From NCBI GenBank assembly GCA_008632985.1, contig QPGO01000077.1:62001-126000 (forward strand): a stretch of 64,000 bases of DNA. Reading direction: 5' to 3'. Position numbers and translations under genes: made by a program. Source of the DNA: Psammoneis japonica. Lineage: Eukaryota. Shown here in pieces: positions 35,169-48,607 of this stretch. The notes under the pieces are model-generated. The model did no database searches. It saw only the letters and a program-made list of their open reading frames with translations, and had not been told where the DNA came from. Within the stretch, counting starts at the first letter, position 1; each line of letters begins with the position of its first letter.

Positions 35169-36995
35169 ATGACATCAACCCTCATCGGGCGACTTGCTTT
35201 TTCTGCTTTGGCTACTGCATTTGCAGTTTGTCGTTATACCCTTTCTTCTGACCCTCAAAAAGTTTCGACGCTTCGAAGCACAAAAATTGATGCTGGGATT
35301 GCTGTTGCTGACGATGTAATAACGAATTCGATCTACACAAAGGAAGCCGAGGACGATCGAATTATCGATTTGCCGGGACTTGCTTACGATCCTGGCTTTA
35401 ATCAGTTTTCGGGGTACCTGACGGTCGACCAAGAGAATGGACGAAAGATCCACTACTGGTATGTCGAGAGTCAAAACGATCCTGCAAAAGACAAGGTGGT
35501 GTTTTGGACCAACGGAGGTCCCGGATGTTCTGGTATGCTTGGCTTTGGAACAGAGCACGGGCCTTTCTTTTTTGATAAAGAAGGCGAGCTCACCCCGAAT
35601 CCGTATTCTTGGAATCAACTTGCATCAATCTTGTACGTAGAGCAACCGGCTGGGGTGGGTTTCTCCTATTCTGATACGGAATCCGACTACTCGACCGGCG
35701 ATGCTAGGGCTGCGTCAGACAACTTTGTTTTGATTCAAGAATTCTTCAAAAAGTTTCCTGAACGCCAAGGCAACGAATTCTATATTGCTAGTGAATCCTA
35801 TGGAGGTCATTACATTCCGCAATGTAAGTTGGCATTCGAAAATACCAGAGAGTGCCTTGAACCTGCTTGAACTGATTTTTTCCCCACACCTTTCGTTGTT
35901 CCTCATAAAGTGACAAAGGAAATTCTCAACCGCGATACTGAGGGTAAAATCAACTTTCGCGGCTTTCTCGTGGGTAATCCATACGTCGATCCTCCCTCCA
36001 ATACATGGACCCGGTTCGCATCCTATTACTCCCATGGTTTGTTGCCCAAGCCACTCTACGACGAATGGATTGATTCGTGCACAAACATGACCGATCACGA
36101 CGACGATGTAAGTATGACTACCAGTTCTTGACCGTATATGTGGTCAAGAATCAATGGATGGAGAGTCTTACTTATCTTTGCTTTTTCTTGGTAATTGATA
36201 GAAATGCTCAGCAAGCAGCGATGCCATTTTCAATCAAATTGTCAACTCAGACATCAACCCATATGCGTTGGACTTTCCCGTGTGCAAGACTGAGAAAGCC
36301 ATCGGGTTTGAAACTTTAGAAAGATCGGCTCAGTCTCTGATCCGTTCAATTCACTCGCCTTCCTCGCAGGGTTTGCGGCTCCTCTATACAGGCACTACAC
36401 CAAACCCTCCGTTTCTTCCTCCGCAGGATCGTTACAAACCCTGCTTGGAGAACTACTTCACAACGTACCTCAATCGTGAGGACGTGCAATCTGCTCTTCA
36501 TGTGAATACAAATATAACGTGGAATGCGTGTTCGGATCTCGTCAACTACTCCACAGTGGACTTCCTTGCGTCACAGATTGATTTGTACACGGAGCTTGTC
36601 AACATGGGTGTGTCCGGCGAACACGACTTGAACATGCTGATATTTTCGGGAGACGACGATTCCATTTGCTCCACTGCTGGAACGCAATGTAAGTTTATTG
36701 CTGTTGGTAAGTTTTCTGATGGTATTGATGACCTTTGTCTCATAGCGACTTTTCTTCCTTTCGCCTTTTAGACTGGATTTACGACCTTGGTGTGGATCCG
36801 AAGAAAGACAAACTATGGAACCCTTGGAAAGTTAACCAACAAACCGCTGGCTTTGTGACAGAGTTTGATTTGGGAGACAAAGCGAAAAGCAAATTTTTCT
36901 TTGCAACCGTTCATGGCGCAGGACACGAGGTTCCCTCTTATAGACCGCTCGAAGCCCTCGAACTCTTCAAGTACTATCTGAGTGGAGAGTGGTGA
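35169..36995 (+). CDS. Serine carboxypeptidase (S10); exons 35169-35823, 35911-36107, 36202-36688, 36772-36995
   Basis: WTNGGPGCS, EQPAGVGFSY, SESYGGHYIP, SGDDDSIC and VHGAGHEVP. Three GT-AG introns restore the frame. Confidence 0.93.
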
Positions 36996-37060
36996 ACATT
37001 TAGTCATACAAGAGAGTCTTAATTCTTGTCTAAGCAGCTACCCTTTCTAACGTGATGTTG

Positions 37061-37726
37061 TTAATCTTGTGAACACGACGCTGTGGAGAGCAGAGGTTGT
37101 CGCATGATGGAACCACGATTTTCCCTCGGTGCTGATGCCACCCGTCGTCGTCGGTCAAACAACCGATTTCCAATCGCCAGCCCAAGAAGAACTGCCAGGA
37201 ATAACTCTATCGAATACATCATTGCCGTTATCATAATGATATACCCCATGAATTGTTGCGTTGCGAAAATCAGAACCATGAGAATTCGTCGCATAGGCCC
37301 TTTTCGAATGTGTTCCATCACGCTAAAACGGAGTGCCGATAGAGCCTCTGTCAATATCGCCAACATCATAGAGAAGATGAGTGCTCCATGAAACTTTCCA
37401 ACTTCGGAGAGAGTCCAACTTCTAAAGTAGTAATTCAAACAATTCGCAGGAGGTTCCTTTTTTCGAAGCGATTGTCGGAATCCATCCATGAACATCACCA
37501 TGCTCATTCCTGGTTTACAGAACGGAACATCGTCCGAAGAAGAATTCTTTGATACTGTCGAGCCTTCGCTCGGTGTTCGTAGCGAGGCTTGATGCGGAAT
37601 TTCGTTCGTGCCCGTGTCGTCAACGAGATTTGGTACGGTTCTCGTTTGCGTTATTGTTTCGTCTGCCGCAGAACATGACACACAGAGCAGCAGCATTAAC
37701 CCTGTTTTCAGAATTCCAGTCACCAT
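37061..37726 (-). CDS. Ctr-family copper transporter
   Basis: Signal peptide, Met motif MSMVMFMDGF, YYFRSWTL, and three TM helices including GYIIMITAMMYS (MxxxM) and GLAIG. Confidence 0.85.
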   Translation of the reverse strand: MVTGILKTGLMLLLCVSCSAADETITQTRTVPNLVDDTGTNEIPHQASLRTPSEGSTVSKNSSSDDVPFCKPGMSMVMFMDGFRQSLRKKEPPANCLNYYFRSWTLSEVGKFHGALIFSMMLAILTEALSALRFSVMEHIRKGPMRRILMVLIFATQQFMGYIIMITAMMYSIELFLAVLLGLAIGNRLFDRRRRVASAPRENRGSIMRQPLLSTASCSQD

Positions 37727-38905
37727 TATGGCCTTGCTTCCTATGATCCCTGACTTGCCTCTCCTCTCGATTCGAGAGGAGAACTCTCGATTCACTCCTG
37801 CTGTCGCTGTTGGCTGTTGGTCTTACCGAATATGATAGGCCCTAACTAATGGCAAATGGCAGTGATGATGGCACCATCACCAACGGTGATGATGATTGGT
37901 TCCTCCTTTATCCCGCGTGAAGAAAATGGTCTGCTTGCCGCCCGATTGTGCCGTATATGGCACAAACGAGGCTCGCGTACGACAATTAATACCGAAATCG
38001 ACCGTAGGCAATCTTTCCGTTCAACGCTTTTTGATCGCTGAAACTCCCTCCGACAATTCACCTCCGTAGATGGGATAATGCGGTTGGCAATCGAAGTTGT
38101 TTCCAAAACCTACATCGTTGAAGCTCGAAGATACAGCTAGAGGTATTTAAGGGATGCTTGAATGCATGAAACAGCAATGGATCGCGCCGCTTTTTGTGCT
38201 GTCGAGGGATGGTTCGGAGAGCAAAGAAAAAAGCAGTGTGTTGCATCATGCCGGTGTGAGGCATGAGGCAGACGTTACACATTAAATTGACCTTCTAAAT
38301 TAGAAGCACAAACAAGTGATACAATGAGTGCATCGTTTGATTTTGCTTCTTCAATCGAGTCAGATTGGGAGCACTGTTACGAGGAAAAGGAGGATGGCGC
38401 CTTTTCAGAAGAAGATCTTCGCTTGTTTGTCGACGCCATGCAGGACAAGCACTCATCAGAGGCAACACAGAACGCATTGGCAGCACTGTCCCATCAACTG
38501 TGAGTGCGATTCCTCAGTCAATGTCTGTTTTAAGTGGTGAAATTGCTTCACCCGCAGTGGGGAAATCCAGCAGCGCGGATCCAACCACGCCGCTTGAAGC
38601 TGCCGTTCATGCGAACTTTCTCCCTCCACTCAAAGGTGAGGCAGCCGAGTTGAGGAGGTGTGGAACCCGGGCTGATTTGGACCGCCATGTGCGCGAGGAT
38701 CAAATTTTAGAGCTTTGATCTTTGCTCGCCACCAATCATTTTTTTTAAAAAAGTCGCACATTTGAATGAGGGGTTCGCAAAGAATTAGAGTGAAATGACA
38801 TTTCATGTGAGTGTTTGCAGACAACATTAAAATGGCAATTTAATGTCATTGCAAGTGCACAAATGTGCATTGTGTGAAAAGACGTGGGCCTCCCATTTTC
38901 AAATT

Positions 38906-41530
38906 TGATGATTTTTGTGTGTCGGTTCAATCATTTTTGTCTTGAGTGTGGTCGTTTCGAGTGAAATGGAATAAAACGCGTGAAGCCATGGGAAAAAATC
39001 TAAAAACAGGAACAAGAAGCCCAGACAAAAGTGCAATGGTTCCATGAGTCCATTGCATGCAGCCATTTTGCTTCATTCTAAGGCCCAAGACATGGGCAAA
39101 AAGTGCCCTGTCGGGCAGATTGAAGATGCGGTGCTTTGCAGCACCTGCCGTGCCGGCAAACACCGGCACAAAGACTGCTGGCCATCACGATGCCTTGGAT
39201 CATTGTGGCACGCAAGGCTGGGTCAGCGGGATTTTTGGATGATGATTCGGATCTGTTGGAGGCATGGAAATAAAAGCAACATCATTGGAAAGCTCTTGTT
39301 CTGCAGATGATGCCATTGCCATTTGTTGTGTCACAATCTCAAGTTCTTCTAAAGCAACACCTGCTTGAGCGAAATGCACTGGGATTTTGGCACGCAGCTG
39401 CAGGGTTGGCAGGGATGTCTGGATTGTAAATCTGATTGTTGTGGGCATGGAAATGAGACTGACATCATTGGAAAGCTCTCATTCTGTGGATGATGTCATT
39501 GTCATTCATTGTGTCATAATTTCAAGTGCTTTCAAAGCATGCCCACTTGAGCAAAACGCAATGGGATTTTGGCGCACAGCTGCGGGGTCGGCAGGACATC
39601 TGGACAATGATTTGGATCTGCAGGGGGCACGGAAACAAAAGTGACATCATTGGAAAGCTCTCATTCTGTGGATGATGTTGTTGTCATTCATTGTGTCACA
39701 ACTTCAAGTTCTTCTAAAGCAACACCCACTTGAGCAAAATGCATGGGATTTTGGCGCGCAACTGATGATTTTTGTGTGTCGGTTCAATCATTTTTGTCTT
39801 GAGTGTGGTGGTTTCGAGTGAAATGGAATAAAACGCGTGAAACCATGGAAAAAATCTAAAAATGGGAACAAGAAGCCCAGACAAAAGTGCAGTGGTTCCA
39901 TTGGTCTGTTGCACGCAGCCACCCCACTTTGTTCCAAGGCCCAAGACATGGGCAAAAAGTGCCCTGTCAGGCAGATTGAAGATGCAGTGCTTTGCAGCAC
40001 CCACCACACTGACTGACACCGGCACAAAGACTCGCTGGCCATCACGATGCCTTGGATTGTTGTGGCGTGCAAATGCGGGGTCGGCAGGACATCTGGATGA
40101 TGACTCGGATCTGTTGGGGGCATGGAAATAAAAGCAACATCACCAGAAAGCTCTCACTCTGTAGATGAAGTTATTGTCATTCATTGTGTCATAATTTCAA
40201 GCACTCACAAAGCAATGCCCACTTGAAAAAAATGCAACAGGACTTTGGAGCACAGCTGCGGGGTCAGCAGGACATCTGGATGATGATTTGGATCTGTTGG
40301 GGGTGTGGAAATAAAAGCAACATCATTAAAAAGCTCTTGTTCCGCAGATGATGTCATTGTCATTTATTGTGTCATAACTTCAAGCACTTTTAAAGCAATG
40401 CCCACTTGAGCAAAATGCAGCAGGATTTGGCGCGCAACTGTGGGGTCGTTGGACATCTGGATGATGATTCGGATCTGTTGGGGGCATGGAAATAAAACTG
40501 ACATCATTGGAAAGCTCTTGTTTTGCAGATGTTGTTGTTGTCATGTATGGTGTCATAATTTCAAGCACCCACAAAGCAACACCCACTTGAGCAAAACGCA
40601 GTGGGACTTTGGCGTGCAACTGTGGGGTCGGTGGGATGTCTGGATGATGATTCAGATCTGTTGGAGGCATGGAAATAAAAGCAACATCATTAGAAAGCTC
40701 TCGTTCTGTAGATGATGTTATTGTCATTTGTTGTGTCATAATTTCAAGCACTTGCAAAGCAACGCCCACTTGAGCAAAATGCAGCGGGATTTTGGCGTGC
40801 AACTGCGGGGTCGGCAGGACATCTGGATGATGATTCGGATCTGTTGGGGGCATGGAAATAAAAGCAACATCACCAGAAAGCTCTTGTTCCGTAGATGATG
40901 TTGTTGCCATCATTGTGTCATGACTTCAAGCACTTTTAAAGCAATGCCCACTTGAGCAAAATGCAACAGGATTTTGGTGCGCAACTGCGGGGTCATTGGA
41001 CATCTGGATGATGATTCGGATCTGTCAGGGGCATGGAAATAAAACTGACATCATCAGAAAGCTCTTGTTCTGTAGATGATGTCATTGTCATTTGTTGTGT
41101 CATAATTTCAAGTGCTCATAAAGCAACACCCACTTGAGCAAAACGCAACAGGATTTTGGCGCGCAGCTGTGGGGTCGGCAGGACATCTGGATGATGATTC
41201 AGATCTGTTGGGGGTGTGGAAATAAAAGCAACATCATTGGCAAGCTCTCGTTCTGTAGATGATGTTGTTGTCATTTATTGTGTCATAATTTCAAGTGCTT
41301 GTAAAGCAACGCCCACTTGAGCAAAACGCAGCAGGGCTTTGGCGCGCAACTGCGGGGTCGGCAGGACATCTGGATGATGATTCGGATCTGTTGGGGGCAT
41401 GGAAATGAAAGTGACATCATTAGAAAGTTCTCGTTCTGTAGATGATGTTGTCATTTATTGTCTCATAATTTCAAGCACTTCAAAAGCAATGCCCACTTGA
41501 ACAAAACGCAACAAGATTTTGGCGCGCAAC
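38906..41530. repeat. Satellite: ~11 units of ~182 bp, plus a duplicated ~330-bp leader (38906 and 39763)
   Basis: The core GGACATCTGGATGATGATTCGGATCTGTTGGGGGCATGGAAATAAAAGCAACATCA recurs at about 39230, 39415, 39595, 40090, 40270, 40450, 40635, 40820, 41000, 41180 and 41365. Confidence 0.95.
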
Positions 41531-41752
41531 TGCTGGAACGTTGTGACATCTTTGTGCCAATTTGGATTTGCTCTAGAGGGCCACAGATGTAAAAGTTGCA
41601 CCACAAGACAGCTCTGGTTCTGTGCATGATGTTCAACAAATTGCAGTTTATGGCAAGCGCATCTGAGACCAGCTGAAGTGCATCCACATCTGTGAGGACG
41701 TCGCAACTTTCTCGAATTTCACTCCTTTTCTGTCCTCCAAAGCTCAACATTG

Positions 41753-42077
41753 AGCACAACATCAACCAGTCCCAGATCCTCCCCTTCATGGTGCCACATG
41801 TCAGCTTTACAAGGCTCCCATTTTAATCGTCTTGTTCCTGAATGAAACCGGGCTTGAAGCATTGCACAAGATGCCCCACTCGTTTCGATCCTCTGGAAAA
41901 ATGTGTCTTCATTTAAAAGCACAACATTGACCAATCCCAAATCCTCCCCTTCACAATGCCACATGTCAGCTTTACAAGGCTCCCATTTTAATCATCTCAT
42001 TCCTGAATGAAACCGGGCTTAAAGCATTGCACAAGACACCCCACTCATTTCCATCCTGAGGAAAATGTGTCTTCATG
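41753..42077. repeat. Two tandem copies of a ~165-bp unit
   Basis: AGCACAACAT...GCCACATGTCAGCTTTACAAGGCTCCCATTTTAATC...AAAATGTGTCTTCAT at ~41753 and ~41918. Confidence 0.9.
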
Positions 42078-42168
42078 ATTTCTGCGACTGTTTTCCCCAG
42101 AAAAATTCCAAAAAATGGAAAACACTCTCAAGACAATTCATTTCATTCATTCGTGGATGACAAGGAGA

Positions 42169-42470
42169 CTGTGACTGGTGCAACCCAGTCACCGCAGAAA
42201 CCAAAGCATTGCAACTGATGCAAAGCATTCATTTCACTCATTTGTGTGCAATCAATGGGATTAGACTGCGGCTGGTGCAACCCAGTCTCTGCAGAATGTG
42301 GGATGATCCTGTGACTGGTGGGCAACCCAGTCACCACAGAATGCAGAAAGGATCCTGTGACTGGCACAATCCAGTCACCGCAGAAGACTCTGTGACTGGT
42401 GCAATCCAGTCACCACAAAGGATGAAAGAGATCTGCAGCTCTGTGGCTGGTGCAACCCAGCCTCCACAGA
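42169..42470. repeat. Six ~30-bp palindromic repeats with variable spacers
   Basis: CTGTGACTGGTGCAACCCAGTCACCGCAGAA-like copies at about 42169, 42266, 42309, 42355, 42390 and 42441. The stem is GTGACTGG/CCAGTCAC. Confidence 0.85.
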
Positions 42471-43099
42471 GGCACTTTTTGTGTGGCTGAGACTGCCAAC
42501 CTGTGTCATCAGATCACAGGCAAGCCTCTGTGCCCCTTTGCGCAAAGGTGTGTTCACAAAAAGTGAGAGTTTTGGGGGAGCAAAAGTGATGAGTGCCCTG
42601 TTCTTCTGTGCTTTTGGCAAAGATTCTGACTCAACTTTGGGAACATGCTGGTAAAGATTCTGACTCAACTTTGGGTGACGTGTGTGGAACAAACAGCGCG
42701 CAGAAGCTGCACACACAACTGGTGCCTGAGTGTGTGAGTGCGCATGTGCGAACAACAACGGACGGTTTTTTTTTTGAACTGCCAGCCAGACAACCTGCAG
42801 CATGAGCTGCGTGCATGCAGTGCATGTGCGCAGCAGTGCGTGTGGCTGGATGTGAGGAACTGCTGGATGGCTGATGCATTCTTCGAGATGGACTCGAGTT
42901 TCTTTTCTGTGCCCAGTCCTGGCCAAATGCACGAGTCATTTTTCCAAACGTTTTGTCATTTTGCCAAAACCAAAGAGAAAAATGCACTTCTCTTTCACGT
43001 TTTTTTAGAAAAAAAGAGTGTTCAACAGGACAGAGAGAGAGAGAGAGAGAGAACCCACCAGATTCACGAGATGACAGGCAGGTTCACTGTTGTGGGGCG

Positions 43100-46000
43100 G
43101 CCACTGTTTCCATGATGATCTTCACAGGAAACAGTTGTGGGCACAGGCGGTGCTTTGCTGTGCTGGCAGAGCACAGAGCTGATTCCAACCAACACAGCAA
43201 GCACCAGGGAGCAGGAAAACCAGGTCAGCCACCAGCGCCATTTTAAAAGCAGTTTTGCATTTGAGTGCCAAACAAAGTCAACATGCAAGCCCAGGGCTGC
43301 AGCTCAATGCACCACTTGAGCTCACAAACATGGTTTGGCATTGCCACAAAATCCAAACTGCAACACTTCAAAAACTCATGCACCCTGCTTTTTGGGCTCC
43401 AACGTTGCAGGTGGCTGAACACAAAGAGTGCCGGGTGCACGCACTGCTGCATGAAAAATGATGCTGTCTCAAGAGAAGGATGCCAGGAAGTGCAGCCATT
43501 TCTTCTGCATCAATCTTGCATTTTCTCTTGATGTGTGCAAGAACAAAACAATGAGTCGCTGCCTCAGGTGCTTCTTCTTCTTGAGTTGTCCTCCTCCTCA
43601 GGAGATGCTGCAGCATTTCTCCAGCTTTGGGCAGCACCGGCAAGTGTTCCAGCAGCAGCTGCTCCTTCTCTTGATGTGGGCTGCAGTCATCAACATGCCA
43701 TTCAACAAGGGTGGTGCTGTGGAAATCCTGCTGCTTGCTTTGCATTGACAAGAGCCTGGGGCTGCAACACTCTGCACTTGCGGTGTGCAGCTGGGAGGGT
43801 GGCAGTGGCGGCAGTGCACAAGGAAGTGCCTGCAGCAATGGTCTTTCACCTGCAGCCATCACTGGCATTGCTGCTGGTGGGGCAGTTGCAATCCCAGTGC
43901 TCAGCATTTGTTCAACTCTCCTTGCACCCACAAACACAACTGGCACACCAGGCCTGAGATGGCAAACTGTGACAAAGCTGCAGTCACAGAGAACAGAGAA
44001 CAGAGAACTCAATGGCAAAACCACCTGCTGATGTGAAGAGTGTGAGAGCAGAGCTGTTGAGGTGCAGATCATGAAATGAGAGATGGTCAGCAGTGGCATG
44101 CATTGGTGCATTGATGCATGTTCTTTGTGCATGGCAAGGCAATTGCTGCTCTTGTTTTGAGGCACAAGTTCTTGTTTTAAAGGTGCAGTGGTCCTTTTGT
44201 TCAAAATGCCTTGGGGGAATCACATCTGAACAGTTTTGCTTCTTGGCATTGAACAGGTGCACTGAGCAGCTGCAGCCACTCAGCTCTGCACATCAGCTGA
44301 GGGACATCACTTCCCCCGCTGCTTTTCATCTGTGTGCAGCCGGCAGAGGCTCTGCACAGTGGGGTGAAAGTCATCACAATCACTGGCTGGTTTTCACTGT
44401 GCATCTGCCTTCAGACTCCAGCTTGTCACAGTTTCTGTTGGCTCCTCTTTGACCCAGGATGACCACATGACACTGGCCATGGTTTTTCTTGCAATGAGGT
44501 TGCTTGCTTTCCTTTGCACATTGTTGAAGGTTTGATTGTGTGTTTTTTCTTTTGCCCAAGAAGTCACTCTGGTCTTTTGGGGGAAAAATGGAATCTTCTT
44601 GGTTGCTCCAAATGATCACATGCGCAACATCATGACCACAGAAACAAGCCACCTGTGGAAGGATGAAAGCCACTTCATGTGCAACACTCAGCAAAATTGG
44701 TGCAGGCAAAACAATCAAAATGGGAAAGAATGTCTGTGGTTTCTTCTGAGGCCAGTTTGTGGCATTGCTGTGGCAGCAACATTCAGTCCATGACCCATTT
44801 CCCGTGTGCTTTTGCCTTGCTTGAAAGCCTCATTTGCCAGTTCTTCCTGAAGAGTGTCTTCACTCACAGCACTTTTCTTTTGCTCAGCTTAGAATTGGAG
44901 GAGCTCCAGATGCTTTTGCTTGGTCCACCCAAACTCCTGGCATGTCAAAATCTCAGGATCAGTCAATTGTTTGGTTGTGCATGACTTTCCACAGAGTTCA
45001 AACCATTGAGGAACTTTGCCAAGAGCAAGTTCAAAGCAGTCACAAAGACCACAGCTCCCTGTTTGTAAACTGTGTCACAACATCATCAGCAAAAAATGCC
45101 CCCCAGCTTTTCCCATCTTCTCCATGAGGACTCCTTGGAGGCTTCACCTTCCAACAAATGTTTCTTGCTCCCAGAGTCAGGCCGGTGTTGAAATTGTTTT
45201 AAAAAAAACAGAGCCTCCTCCCCACAAATGTTGTGTGGAAAATGTGAGCATTCTTTCACTCTCCAGGAGTGGTGCAATTTCAACATTCCCCAAGGTTGAA
45301 CAGCCCCCTCTGGGCACCAGACAGGCAGAAAATCCATGATCCAAAGTGCAGCCAACAACCCCAGATTGAAGATGTTGTCATGTCCAGACAAGGGCAGTTC
45401 AAGACCTTGACCAAGGCACTTGTCCAACAAAAAGCTGTGGGGCTCATCATCTCCCATTTTGTAAATGCCAGATCCCTCAAAATGACATGTCTGCCTTTTG
45501 CTGCATGGTCTTGCCTCAAAAAAGCTCAGACAGGCAGCTGTGTGACTTTCCCTTTCCCTTGTCTCTGTGTGCAGCAAAAAGAACACATTCCTGGTGCACC
45601 CCTGACACTCTTGTCAAGAAGCATCTTCTTCTGAAAATGCAGCCACCTGGCTCCTTGATGACCAAGTCTGCATGCTGGTGAGCCCCAGGTTGAAGAAGAG
45701 ATGTGCTCTGTTGTTGCTCATGTTCTCCAAGTGCTGCTGCAAAATTGGGCTGCCCTGACCTGGTGGCCTTTCATTGAGTTGAGCAGTTGTTGCACTGATC
45801 TCTGTGATGTTGCCAAAGGTGCTCTCATTTCCTTGCACTCTGGAGTTTAGAGCATCTGCTTTCAATGTGAGAAGGCCAGAGGCACACAGCACAGGGCTGA
45901 AACACCCACACATGGTCAGACACACAGTCAGTCCAGCCACTTGGTGGGCATGTCAGCTGTTTGTTCTTCTCACTCAGGTTTGGCGCAGTCATTTCAGCCA

Positions 46001-48418
46001 TCTGCTGGAATTGTGTGATGCATGCCAAAAAAATCCAGTGCCACTGCACAAAAGTTGTTCTTCACCCTCTCACTCAGAATTTTGAAAACAAGAATGAGAA
46101 AAAAATGGGTGGGTTTCCACATGTTTCTAGCACAAAAAAGAGTCAATTTTTGCAACAGCATGCTCCAGTCACAGTGCCCAGCAACAAGTGCTCACAGTGC
46201 AGTTGGATGCAAAGGTCATGGAGTCTGGCCACATGGCGAGCACCAAGCACCTTTGACCAAAGGTCCCAACTGCAAGCCAGCTCATGAAACGCAAGGGCAT
46301 CTTGTCCAGAAGGTGGAAAGCTGTCCCTTTCTGCAAAAAGTGCAGCAATGCATGCAGGCATCTGACAACAACCCAAACTGTGTTTGTTGGGATGTGGCTC
46401 ACAAACCAAACTGCCAGGTGCAGAGCCTGCCACCAACAGTGCCAATGTGACAATGCAAATGAAAACAAGTTCACCATCAAGAACTCCTGCTTTAAGAGCA
46501 CACAAAAGCACAGTGGGTCCATGTGGCCCAAATGGATGGATCACAGGTCCTTCACTGCCCACGCACAGAGTTCTGGCAGATTTGTGTGGGATGTGCTCAT
46601 CAGCAGGCCACAACAAAACTCAAGTTCGGGCAACAGTTTCATGGGTTGACTTGTCATGATGGCTGTGTCCACAGTCTGGTGGTGCAAAAGCTCTCCCCAG
46701 CATTTGGGTGTGCAGAGGTCTGTGCAGATGCAGACAATCTTGCATCCTCATGGCCACTCCCAAAAAGCATGGTCATGGTGCACACACATGATGACACATT
46801 GCACTGAAAAACCAACTCCAGAAAGTTTGGCTGGAGGGTCAAATGCTGACACAGGCAAGATTTCCCACAATCAAAAGTCAACACAACCTTGACCCTGATG
46901 GCCACACTCTGGCTGCCTTGCCATCCTGCAATCTGTTGACAATGTGGTGCTGGGACACATCAAATTGCTTGTGGTTCCTGCCTGGTGCACTGGTTTGCAA
47001 TGATGGCATCATTGTGGGTATCTTGATGCCAAAACACAGTTGCACTGGGGTCAGGCTTGATGGTGCACAGGCCACACAACTTGCTGTTGTCTCCATCCCT
47101 CTTGTCAGTGTGACAGGCACAGTTGTTGTCAATGTCAGTCTCTGTGCAATGTTGTGTGTCAGTTGTGACATTTGGGTGCAAGGTGGTCCCAAATTTTTCA
47201 TTGTGATCTGGGTGGGCAGGGTCAGCAAAAGGGCACATGCTCTGGAGCATGAGTGGAGCCAGCATCTCACCCAAAATTCTGGTGGCATTTGAAGCTTCAG
47301 CCATGGCATTGATGAAGATGGGGTCATGCAAATGTGGGTGCTTGACTTCAACTTTGGCAACCAAGTGGCATGGAGAGTGCTGGGTCACATGATGCAGCTT
47401 GCCAATCAAGGTGTCTTTTGCCAGTGCTGAAGCACCTTGATCTTGCCATTGCAGATTGCCGCTGTTTTGTTGCAATGATGAACTGGGGTCACACCATGCC
47501 AAACACACAGTTCCTTGGCAACACTTGTCAGCAAACCAATGAGATGGTGTTGGCCATGGCCTTCCTCCCTGCTGCAGAAAGAAACAGGCTCTTGGTGCTC
47601 AGCCTGTGGCCAAACATGAATCTCAGCAAGACTTGAAGATGTGGCAAATGTCAAGTTTGCCATGGTTGACAAAAGAAGAACACTTTGCTTTGCTAAAAAG
47701 ATGCCAATTGTTGCCAAACTTTTCTGCAAAAATCCATTGAAAATGAGCTTGCTGGGTGGGGAAGTGGGAAGCAGAGAGTGCAGCCACACACACACCAGCT
47801 CTTCTCAGGCACAAATGGCCGCAGAGGTGGGGAAGCCAAAATCTGCATCACAAAGAGCCTTGTCATGGGCAATGCCATTGACAGCACCCATGCAACAGAG
47901 CCACAGCTGACATCAACAGCAGAGCAATTGTGGCACACCAGCAGTGATGGCACTGTCTTTCTGTCATCATCAGCACCGGCATCAGCAGGGTTAAAAAGCC
48001 AGCAAGAGTTGTCCAAGGCAGCCACCTGAGCAGAAGTCACTGGGAAGGAGGTGCAGGAAAAATTGGGTGCTTTCTTGCCCTGTCCACACTTTCAACAAGC
48101 AAGTTGTGAGGACAATGGCTTGGCACTGAGTGTGGGGTTTGTTCAACAGCAAAAACAGCAGTGCCCACACAAGGGATGATTGCAAGGGATTGTCGCACCC
48201 TTTTTTGACCTTGTTGAGCAATGCAGATGGAGAGGCAAAGGAAGGAATCACAGCAGCTAACTCAGCATGCCTTTTCTAAGAGTGACCAGGTTTTTTGCCA
48301 TGAGCACTGGTGCAGCTTTGTTTCCTGTTGCTCTGAAGGGACAAAAGAACGATGTTTCACCCGCCTGGTGTCACCTGAACAGGGCTGCAAAAAGAAGGTG
48401 AAAATCATGGGAGAAGAT
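43100..48418 (-). pseudogene. Heavily decayed coding sequence of unknown class (probable transposon-associated gene)
   Basis: TA- and CG-depleted, with fragmentary frames. It is interrupted at its right end by the Copia insertion. Strand is inferred from weak motif remnants. Confidence 0.3.
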
Positions 48419-48423
48419 GTGTC

Positions 48424-48607
48424 TGAAAGAATGTGAGCATTCTGCTGGCAGGTTTAGACAAAATTGTCAGGAGGAGAGTCAATCAGAGAGAGGGAGGCAA
48501 CTGCTTCATCCAATTGACGCGGTCTTTGATCTGACTTGGTTCCAGTTGGTTTGGATCCGTCTGTCTGTCAGTTTGTCCATCAGCACAGGAACTTGATTTT
48601 TCTTTCA
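48424..48607 (-). repeat. 3' LTR of the Copia element
   Basis: About 79% identical to 57601-57786 by manual alignment. TG...CA ends. Confidence 0.88.

Noticed and set aside
42169..42470. CRISPR array
   Set aside because: Eukaryotic context, degenerate repeats, irregular 4-65 bp spacers and no cas genes.
45614..45940. Pif1/Helitron helicase motif (STFGNI..AQL..PP)
   Set aside because: Only a weak resemblance, with no Walker A or Rep motifs found nearby.
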